From the human T2T-CHM13v2.0 reference genome, Homo sapiens, in assembly GCF_009914755.1 (NCBI RefSeq), contig NC_060927.1: a stretch of 64,000 nt of DNA; one strand, 5' to 3'. Positions 54,381 through 64,000 of the stretch are shown in pieces. The position numbers and the translations under genes were made by a program. The notes under the pieces are model-generated. The model was not told the DNA's origin. It made no database searches and saw nothing but the letters and a program-made list of their open reading frames with translations. Numbering within the stretch: position 1 is the stretch's first letter; each line of letters opens with the position of its first letter.

Positions 54381-56077
54381 GTTTTATATGAAGAAATCCC
54401 GTTTCCAAAGATGGCCTCAGAAAAGTCCCAATATACACTTGCAGATTCTACAAAAAGAGTTTTTCAAAACTGCTCTATCAAAAGAAAGGTTGAACTCTGT
54501 GAGTTGAAGGCACATATCACAAAGTAGTTTCTGAGAATCATTCTGTCTAGTTTTTCTATGAAGATATTGCCTTTTCCACCATAGGCCTCAAACGGCGCTA
54601 AATATCCCCTTGGAAATTCTACAAAAAGAGAGTTACAAGACTGCTCTGTCGAAAGGAAGCTTCAACTCAGCGAGTTGAAAGCACAAATCACGACGAAGTT
54701 TATGAGAGTTCTTCTGTCTAGTTTTGTATGAAGAAGTCACGTTTCAAACGAGGGCCACAAAGAGGTCCAAATGTCCACTTGGAGATTCAACAAAAAGAGT
54801 TTTTCAAAACTGCTCCATCAAGAGGAATATTCAACTCTGAGGGTTGAAGGCAGGTATCACAAAGTAGTTTCCGACAATGCTTCTGTCTAGATTTTATGTG
54901 AAGACATTCCCTTTCGTACCACAGGCCTGAAAGCACTCTAAATATAGAATTGCAAATTCCACAAAAAGAGTGTTTAAAACCGCTCTATGCAAAGAAAGCT
55001 TAAACTCTGTCAGCTGAATGCGCACATCACAGAGTGGCTTCAGAGAACAATTATGTCTAGTTTTTCTGTGAAGACATTTTCTCTTCTACATAGGCCTGAA
55101 ACCGCTCTAAATATTCACTTGGAAATTCTACAAAAGGAATATTTCAACCCTCTTTTATCAAAAGGTAGGTTGAACTCTGAGAGTTAAACGCACACTTCAC
55201 AGAGTAGTTTCTGAGAATTCTTCTGTCAAGGTTTATATGAAGAAACCCCGTTCCAATGAAGGCTTCAAAAAAGTCCAAATATTCACTTGCAGATTCTACA
55301 AAAAGAGTGTTTCATAATTGGTCTATCAAAAGAAAGGTTAAACTCAGTGAGTTGAACCCACACATCACAAAGTAGCTCCTGAGAATCATTCTGTCTAGTC
55401 CTCCTACGAAGATATTGCCTTTTCTACCATAGGCCTCAAACGCGCTAAATATCCACCTGGAAATTCTACAAAAACTGAGTTTCTGAAGTGCTCTATTGAA
55501 AGGAAGTTTCAACTCTGTGAGTTGAAGGTACACATCACAAAGAAGTTTCTGAGAATTCTTCTGTCTAGTTGTAAATGAAGAAATCACGTTTCAAACGAAG
55601 GCCACAAAGATGTCCAAATATCCACTTGCAGATTCTACAAAAAGAGTGTTTCAAAACTGCTCCATCAAGAGGAATGTTCAACTCGGTGCGTTGACTGCAA
55701 ATATCACAAATAAGTTTCTGACAATACTTCTGTCTAGTTTTTATGTGAAGATATTTCCTTTCCTACTGTAGGCCTCAAAACGCTCTAAATATACACTTGT
55801 AAACTCCCCAAAAAGAGTGTTTCCAAACTGCTCTATCAAAGGAAGTTTAAACTCTGTAAGCTTAATGCAAGCATCACAAAACAGCTTCGGAGAATGAATC
55901 TGCCTAGTTTTTCTGTGAAGATATTTCTTTTTCTGCCATAGACCTCAAACCGCTGTAAAAATCCACTTGGAAATTCTACAAAAAGAGTATTTCAAAGCTC
56001 TTCTATCGAAAGGAAGTTTCAGCTCCATGAGTTAAATGCACATATCACAAATAATTTTCTGAGGATTCTTCTTTCAA
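54381..56077 (-). repeat. HOR variant gamma, copy 3 (at the young/old boundary)
   Basis: Same markers, offset 10195 bp from copy 2. It lacks the tttaaaatct variant shared by copies 1 and 2. Confidence 0.93.
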
Positions 56078-59000
56078 GTTTTATATGAAGAAATCCCGTT
56101 TCCAAAGATGGCCTCAGAAAAGTCCCAATATACACTTGCAGATTCTACAAAAAGAGTTTTTCAAAACTGCTCTATCAAAAGGAAGGTTAAACTCTGTGAG
56201 TTGAAGGCACACATCACAGAGTAGTTTCTGAGAATCATTCTGTCTAGTTTTTCTATGAAGATATTGCCTTTTCCACCATAGGCCAAAAACGGCGCTAAAT
56301 ATCCCCTTGGAAATTCTACAAAAAGAGAGTTACAAGACTGCTCTGTCGAAAGGAAGCTTCAACTCAGCGAGTTGAAAGCACACATCAAGAAGAAGTTTAT
56401 GAGAATTCTTCTGTCTAGTTTTGTATGAAGAAGTCACGTTTCAAACGAAGGCCACAAAGAGGTCCAAATGTCCACTTGGAGATTCAACAAAAAGAGTTTT
56501 TCAAAACTGCTCCATCAAGAGGAATATTCAACTCTGAGAGTTGAAGGCAGGTATCACAAAGTAGTTTCCGACAATGCTTCTGTCTAGATTTTATGTGAAG
56601 ACATTCCCTTTCGTACCACAGGCCTGAAAGCACTCTAAATATAGAATTGCAAATTCCACAAAAAGAGTGTTTAAATCCGATCTATCCAAAGAAAGCTTAA
56701 ACTCTGTCAGCTGAATGCGCACATCACAGAGTGGCTTCAGAGAACAATTATGTCTAGTTTTTCTGTGAAGATATTTTCTCTTCTACATAGGCCTGAAACC
56801 GCTCCAAATATTCACTTGGAAATTCTTCAAAAGGAATATTTCAACCCTCTTCTATCAAAAGGAAGGATGCACTCTGAGAGTTAAACGCACACATCACAGA
56901 GAAGTGTCTGAGAATTCTTCTGTCAAGGTTTATATGAAGAAAGCCCGTTTCCAATGAAGGCCTCAAAAAAGTCAAAATATTTACTTGCAGATCCTACAAA
57001 AAGAGTGTTTCATAACTGGTCTATCAAAAGAAAGGTTAAACTCAGTGAGTTGAACCCACACATCACAAAGTAGCTTCTGAGAAACATTCTGTCTAGTCCT
57101 CCTACGAAGATATTGCCTTTTCTACCATAGGCCTCAAACGGCGCTAAATATCCACCTGGAAATTCTTCAAAAACTGAGTTTAAAAAGTGCTCTGTTGAAA
57201 GGAAGCTTCAACTCTGTGAGTTGAAGGTACACATCACAAAGAAGTTTCTGAGAATTCTTCTGTCTAGTTGTAAATGAAGAAATCACGTTTCAAACGAAAG
57301 CCACAAAGAGGTCCAAATATCCACTTGCAGATTCTACAAAAGGAGTGTTTCAAAACTGCTCCATCAAGAGGAATGTTCAACTCGGTGCGTTGAATGCAAA
57401 TATCACAAATAAGTTAATGACAATACTTCTGTCTAGTTTTTATGTGAAGATATTTCCTTGCCTACTGTAGGCCTCAAAACGCTCTAAATATACACTTGCA
57501 AATTCTCCAAAAACAGTGTTTCCAAACTGCTCTATCAAAGGAAGTTTAAACTCTGTAAGCTTAATGCAAGCATCACAAAACAGCTTCGGAGAATGAATCT
57601 GCCTAGTTTTTCTGTGAAGATATTTCTTTTTCTGCCATAGACCTCAAACCGCTGTAAAAATCCACTTGCAAATTCTACAAAAAGAGTATTTCAAAACTCT
57701 TCTATCAAAAGGAAGTTTCAACTCCATGAGTTAAATGCACATATCACAAATAATTTTCTGAGGATTCTTCTTCCAAGTTTTATATGAAGAAATCCCGTTT
57801 CCAAAGATGGCCTCAGAAAAGTCCCAATATACACTTGCAGATTCTACAAAAAGAGTTTTTCAAAACTGCTCTATCAAAAGAAAGGTTGAACTCTGTGAGT
57901 TGAAGGCACACATCACAAAGTAGTTTCTGAGAATCATTCTGTCTAGTTTTCCTATGAAGATATTGCCTTTTCCACCATAGGCCTCAAACGGCGCTAAATA
58001 TCCCCTTGGAAATTCTACAAAAAGAGAGTTACAAGACTGCTCTGTCGAAAGGAAGCTTCAACTCAGCGAGTTGAAAGCACACATCACGAAGAAGTTTATG
58101 AGAATTCTTCTGTCTAGTTTTCTATGAAGAAGTCACGTTTCAAACGAAGGCAACAAAGAGGTCCAAATATCCACTTGGAGATTCAACAAAAAGAGTTTTT
58201 CAAAACTGCTCCATCAAGAGGAATATTCAACTCTGAGAGTTGAAGGCAGGTATCACCAAGTAGTTTCCGACAATGCTTCGGTCTAGATTTTATGTGAAGA
58301 CATTCCCTTTTGTACCACAGGCCTGAAAGCACTCTAAATATAGAATTGCAAATTCCACAAAAAGAGTGTTTAAAACCGCTCTATCCAAGGAAAGCTTAAA
58401 CTCTGTCAGCTGAATGCGCACATCACAAAGTGGCTTCAGAGAAAAATTATGTCTAGTTTTTCTGTGAAGATATTTTCTCTTCTACATAGGCCTGAAACCG
58501 CTCCAAATATTCACTTGGAAATTCTACAGAAAGAATATTTCAACACTCTTCTCTCAAAAGGAATGTTCAACTCTAAGAGTTAAACGCACACATCACAGAG
58601 AAATTTCTGAGAATTCTTCTGTCAACGTTTATATGAAGAAACCCCGTTTCCAATGAAGGCCTCAAAAAGTCCAAATATTTACATGCAGATTCTACAAAAA
58701 GAGTGTTTCATAACTGGTCTATCAAAAGAAAGGTTAAACTCACTGAGTTGAACCCACACATCACAAAGTAGTGTCTGAGAATCATTCTGTCTAGTTTTCC
58801 TACAAATATATGGCCTTTTCTACCATAGGCCTCAAACGGCGCTAAATATCCACCTGGAAATTCTACAGAAACTGATTTTCAAAAGTGCTCTATTGAAAGG
58901 AAGCTTCAACTCTGTGAGTTGAAGGTACACATCACAAAGAAGTTTCTGAGAATTCCTCTGTCTAGTTGTAAATGAAGAAATCACGTTTCAAACGAAGGCC

Positions 59001-62000
59001 ACAAAGAGGTCCAAATATCCACTTGCAGATTCTACAAAAAGAGTGTTTCAAAACTGCTCCATCAAGAGGAATGTTCAACTCTGTGCGTTCCATGCAAATA
59101 TCACAAATAAGTTTCTGACAATACTTCTGTCTAGTTTTTATGTGAAGATATTTCCTTTCCTACTGTGGGCCTCAAAACGCTCTAAATATACACTTGCAAA
59201 TTCCACAAGAAGAGTGTTTCAAAACTGCTCTATCAAAGGAACTTTAAACTCTGTAAGCTTAATGCAAGCATCACAAAACAGCTTCGGAGAATGAATCTGC
59301 CTAGTTTTTCTGTGAAGATATTTCTTTTTCTGCCATAGACCTCACACCGCTGTAAAAATCCACTTGGAAATTCTACAAAAAGAGTATTTCAAAACTCTTC
59401 TATCGAAAGGAAGTTTCAACTCCATGAGTTAAATGCACATATCACAAATAATTTTCTGAGGATTCTTCTTTCAAGTTTTATATGAAGAAATCCCGTTTCC
59501 AAAGATGGCCTCAGAAAAGTCCCAATAAACACTTGCAGATTTTACAAAAAGAGTTTTCCAAAACTGCTCTATCAAAAGAAAGGTTAAACACTGTGAGTTG
59601 AAGGCACACATCACAAAGTAGTTTCTGAGAATCATTCTGTCTAGTTTTTCTATGAAGATATTGCCTTTTCCACCATAGACCTCAAACGGCGCTAAATATC
59701 CACTTGGAAATTCTACAAAAAGAGAGTTACAAGGCTGCTCTATCAAAAGGAATCTTCAACTCTGCGAGTTGCAAGCACACATCCCAAAGTAGTTTATGAG
59801 AATTCTTCTGTCTAGTTTTGTATGAAGAAGTCACGTTTGAAACGAAGACCACAAAGAGGCCCAAATATCCACTTGGAGATTCAACAAAAAGAGTTTTTCA
59901 AAACTGCTCCATCACGAGGAATATTCAACTCGGAGAGTTGAAGGCAGGTATCACAAAGTAGTTTCCGACAATGCTTCTGTCTAGATTTTATGTGAAGACA
60001 TTCCCTTTTGTATCACAGGCCTGAAAGCAATCTAAATATAGAATTGCAAATTCCACAAAAAGAGTGTTTAAAACCGCTCGATCCAAAGAAAGGTTAATCT
60101 CTGTAAGCTGAATGCACACATCACAAAGTAGCTTCAGAGAACAATAGTGTCTAGTTTTTCTGTGAAGACATTTTCTCTTCTACATAGGCCTGAAACCGCT
60201 CTAAATATTCACTTGGAAATTCTACAAGAAGAATATTTCAACACTCTTCTATCAAAAGGAAGGTTGAACTCTGAGAGTTAAATGCACACATCACAAAGAA
60301 GTTTCTGAGAATTCTTCTGCCAAGGTTTATATGAAGAAATCCCGTTTCCAATGAAGACCTCAAGAAAGTCCAAATATTTACTTGCAGATCCTACAAAAAG
60401 AGTGTTTCATAACTGGTCTATCAAAAGAAAGGTTAAACTCAGTGAGTTGAACCCACACATCACAAAGTAGTGTCTGAGAATCATTCTGTCTAGTTTTCCT
60501 ACAAAGATATGGCCTTTTCTACCATAGGCCTCAAACGGCGCTAAATATCCACCTGGAAATTCTACAAAAACTGAGTTTCAAAAGTGCTCTATTGAAAGGA
60601 AGCTTCAAATCTGTGAGTTGAAGGCACACATCACAAAGAAGTTTCTGAGAATTCCTCTGTCTAGTTGTAAATGAAGAAATCACGTTTCAAACGAAGGCCA
60701 CAAAGAGGTCCAAATATCCACTTGCAGATTCTACAAAAAGAGTGTTTCAAAACTGCTCCATCAAGAGGAATGTTCAACTCTGTGCGTTCCATGCAAATAT
60801 CACAAATAAGTTTCTGACAATACTTCTGTCTAGTTTTTATGTGAAGATATTTCCTTTCCTACTGTGGGCCTCAAAACGCTCTAAATATACACTTGCAAAT
60901 TCCACAAGAAGAGTGTTTCAAAACTGCTCTATCAAAGGAAGTTTAAACTCTGTCAGCTTAATGCAAGCATCACAAAACAGCTTCGGAGAATGAATCTGCC
61001 TAGTTTTTCTGTGAAGATATTTCTTTTTCTGCCATAGACCTCACACCGCTGTAAAAATCCACTTGGAAATTCTACAAAAAGAGTATTTCAAAACTCTTCT
61101 ATCGAAAGGAAGTTTCAACTCCATGAGTTAAATGCACATATCACAAATAATTTTCTGAGGATTCTTCTTTCAAGTTTTATATGAAGAAATCCCGTTTCCA
61201 AAGATGGCCTCAGAAAAGTCCCAATATACACTTGCAGATTCTACAAAAAGAGTTTTTCAAAACTGCTCTATCAAAACAAAGGTTTAACTCTGTGAGTTGA
61301 AGGCACACATCACAAAGTAGTTTCTGAGAATCATTCTGTCTAGTTTTTCTATGAAGATATTGCCTTTTCCACCATAGGCCTCAAACGGCGCTAAATATCC
61401 ACTTGGAAATTTTACAAAAAGAGAGTTACAAGACTGCTCTATTGAAAGGAAGCTTCAACTCTGCGAGTTGCAAGCACACATCCCAAAGAAGTTTATGAGA
61501 ATTCTTCTGTCTAGTTTTGTATGAAGAAGTCACTTTTCAAACGAAGACCACAAAGAGGCCCAAATATCCACTTGGAGATTCAACAAAAAGAGATTTTCAA
61601 AACTGCTCCATCACGAGGAATATTCAACTCGGAGAGTTGAAGGCAGGTATCACAAAGTAGTTTCCGACAATGCTTCTGTCTAGATTTTATGTGAAGATAT
61701 TCCCTTTTGTACCACAGGCCTGAAAGCACTCTAAATATAGAATTGCAAATTCCACAAAAAGAGTGTTTAAAACCGCTCGATCCAAAGAAAGGTTAATCTC
61801 TGTAAGCTGAATGCGCACATCACAAAGTAGCTTCAGAGAACAATTGTGTCTAGTTTTTCTGTGAAGATATTTTCTCTTCTACATAGGCCTGAAACCGCTC
61901 TAAATATTCACTTGGAAATTCTACAAAAAGAATATTTCAACACTCTTCTATCAAAAGGAAGGTTGAAATCTGAGAGTTAAATGCACACATCACAAAGAAG

Positions 62001-64000
62001 TTTCTGAGAATTCTTCTGGTAAGGCTTATATGAAGAAATCCCGTTTCCAATGAAGGCCTCAAGAAAGTCCAAATATTTACTTGCAGATTCTACAAAAAGA
62101 GTGTTTCATAACTGGTCTATCAAAAGAAAGGTTAAACTCAGTGAGTTGAACCCACACATCACAAAGTAGTGTCTGAGAATCATTCTGTCTAGTTTTCCTA
62201 CGAAGATATGGCCTTTTCTACCATAGGCCTCAAACGGCGCTAAATATCCACCTGGAAATTCTACAAAAACTGAGTTTCAAAGTGCTCTATTGAAAGGAAG
62301 CTTCAACTCTGTGAGTTGAAGGTACACATCACAAAGAAGTTTCTGAGAATTCTTCTGTCTAGTTGTAAATGAAGAAATCACGTTTCAAACGAAGGCCACA
62401 AAGAGGTCCAAATATCCACTTGCAGATTCTACAAAAAGAGTGTTTCAAAACGGCTCCATCAAGAGGAATGTTCAACTCTGGGCGTTGAATGCAAATATCA
62501 CAAATAAGTTTCTGACAATACTTCTGTCTAGTTTTTATGTGAAGATATTTCCTTTCCTACTGTAGGCCTCAAAACGCTCTAAATAAACACTTGCAAACTC
62601 CACAAAAAGAGTGTTTCCAAACTGCTCTATCAAAGGAAGTTTAATCTCTGTCAGCTGAATGCAAGCATCACAAAACAGCTTCGGAGAATGAATCTGCCTA
62701 GTTTTTCGGTGAAGATATTTCTTGTTCTGCAATAGACCTCACACCGCTGTAAAAATCCACTTGGAAATTCTACAAAAAGAGTATTTCAAAACTCTTCTAT
62801 CGAAAGGAAGTTTCAACTCCATGAGTTAAATGCACATATCACAAATAATTTTCTGAGGATTCTTCCTTCAAGTTTTATATGAAGAAATCCCGTTTCCAAA
62901 GATGGCCTCAGAAAAGTCCCAATATACACTTGCAGATTCTACAAAAAGAGTTTTTCAAAACTGCTCTATCAAAACAAAGTTTAAACTCTGTGAGTTGAAG
63001 GCACACATCACAAATTAGTTTCTGAGAATCATTCTGTCTAGTTTTTCTATGAAGATATTGCCTTTTCCACCATAGGCCTCAAGCGGCGCTAAATATCCAC
63101 TTGGAAATTCTACAAAAAGAGTCTTACAAGAATGCTCTATCGAAAGGAAGCTTCAACACTGTGAGTTGCAAGCACACATCCCAAAGAAGTTTATGAGAAT
63201 TCTTCTGTCTAGTTTTCTATGAAGAAGTCACGTTTCAAACGAAGGCCACAGAGAGGTCCAAATATCCACTTGGAGATTCAACAAAAAGAGTTTTTCAAAA
63301 CTGCTCCATCAAGAAGAATATTCAACTCTGAGAGTTGAAGGCAGGTATCACAAAGTAGTTTCCGACAATGCTTCTGTGTAGATTTTATGTGAAGACATTC
63401 CCTTTAGTACCACAGGCCTGAAAGCACTCTAAATATAGAATTGCAAATTCCACAAAAAGAGTGTTTAAAACCGCTCGATCCAAAGAAAGGTTAAACTCTG
63501 TAAGCTGAATGCGCACATCACAAAGTAGCTTCAGAGAACAATTGTGTCTAGTTTTTCTGTGAAGATATTTTCTCTTCTACATAGGCCTGAAACCGCTCTA
63601 AATATACTCTTGGAAATTCTACAAAAAGAATATTTCAACACTCTTCTATCAAAAGGAAGGTTGAACTCTGAGAGTAAAATGCACACATCACAAAGAAGTT
63701 TCTGAGAATTCTTCTGTCAAGGTTTCTATGAAGAAATCCCGTTTCCAATGAAGGCCTCAAAAAAGTCCAAATATTTACTTGCAGATTCTACAAAAAGAGT
63801 GTTTCATAACTGGTCTAGTAAAAGAAAGGTTAAACTGAGTGAGTTGAACCCACACATCACAAAGTAGTTTCTGAGAATCATTCTGTCTAGTTCTCCTACG
63901 AAGATATAGCCTTTTCCACCATAGGCCTCAAACGGCGCTAAATATCCACCTGGAAATTCTACAAAAACTGAGTTTCAAAAGTGCTCTATTGAAAGGAAGC
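56078..64000 (-). repeat. Older, individually divergent copies of the same 10-mer HOR
   Basis: Units at 56078, 57777, 59475, 61174 and 62872 each carry many private substitutions and 1-bp indels (complete units are 1698-1699 bp). They keep consensus-like alleles (aaatatagaattgc, gagtgttt, ctgtgaag, gagtatttc). Confidence 0.92.

Larger units (their letters stand above)
1..64000 (-). repeat. Centromeric alpha-satellite array (~170-171 bp monomers, single orientation)
   Basis: Continuous tandem monomers with alpha-satellite hallmarks on the + strand (ctgctctatcaaaagaaaggttaaactctgtgagttgaa, cacatcacaaag..gtttctgagaat..ttctgtctag, tgcagattctacaaaaagag). Monomer starts in the first HOR fall at about 1, 170, 340, 510, 679, 849, 1019, 1190, 1359 and 1529. 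CENP-B-box relics read on the minus strand. I saw no interrupting non-satellite sequence or inversion. Confidence 0.99.
1..64000 (-). repeat. 10-monomer HOR (1697-1700 bp), ~37.7 copies, built from two pentamers
   Basis: The anchor gttttatatgaagaaatcccgtttccaaa recurs at 1, 1700, 3400, 5099, 6799, 8498, 10198, 11897, 13597, 15296, 16996, 18695, 20395, 22094, 23794, 25493, 27193, 28892, 30592, 32291, 33991, 35691, 37390, 39090, 40787, 42486, 44186, 45883, 47582, 49282, 50981, 52681, 54381, 56078, 57777, 59475, 61174 and 62872. Monomer n most resembles monomer n+5, giving an ~850-bp sub-period. Confidence 0.97.
1..64000 (-). repeat. Tentative identity: archaic SF1 (SF01) 10-mer HOR S01C3H2 / D3-2, a chromosome 3 secondary array, or an ape ortholog
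   Basis: Monomer ends are SF1-like (minus strand agacagaatgattctcagaaact and the EcoRI-containing agacagaagaattctcagaaact). The HOR is a 1.7-kb 10-mer with non-dimeric BABAA order and no intact CENP-B box. The assignment is from recall of alpha-satellite HOR classification; no search was run, and other 10-mer HORs exist. Confidence 0.55.

Noticed and set aside
39696-55587. Three identical pairs of 66-aa (+) and 91-aa (-) ORFs that look like a repeated gene cassette
   Set aside because: They are chance open frames in the gamma HOR variant, and their identity reflects the duplications. I recognise no protein family and there is no gene context.
59043-62732. ORFs of 65-91 aa in the divergent HORs
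   Set aside because: These are alpha-satellite translations, some starting at non-ATG codons, and they are interrupted by stops in other copies.
1-64000. CRISPR-like array (regular repeats with short palindromes)
   Set aside because: There are no unique spacers. Whole monomers are homologous and no cas genes are present.
1-64000. Transposon insertions, inversions or HORs with missing monomers
   Set aside because: Every complete HOR is 1697-1700 bp in the same orientation, which leaves no room for insertions or monomer deletions.

Overview
The whole 64 kb window is primate (human or great-ape type) centromeric alpha-satellite DNA. There are no genes, RNA genes, mobile elements or CRISPR arrays. 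About 376 head-to-tail ~170-bp monomers, all in one orientation, form about 37.7 copies of a 10-monomer higher-order repeat (HOR) of 1697-1700 bp. Each HOR is two diverged pentamers with monomer types B-A-B-A-A. All four CENP-B-box positions per HOR are mutated. I tentatively identify it as the archaic-SF1 (SF01) chromosome 3 secondary array S01C3H2/D3-2 or an ortholog; this comes from recall and was not checked by search. The window runs from a young, near-identical 3399-bp two-variant super-repeat (HOR variants alpha and beta alternating, 1 to ~38.7 kb), through a mosaic zone where a 2.3-kb old-type cassette has been copied into the young layer (~38.7-56.3 kb), into individually divergent older HORs (56-64 kb), as expected near an array or layer edge. 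The most unusual signals are a strong A/T-to-G/C skew, rich in T>G and A>C changes, in the substitutions that define the young layer, and a 1-bp deletion that lengthens a hairpin. All supplied ORFs are chance open frames in satellite DNA. All counts are by eye.
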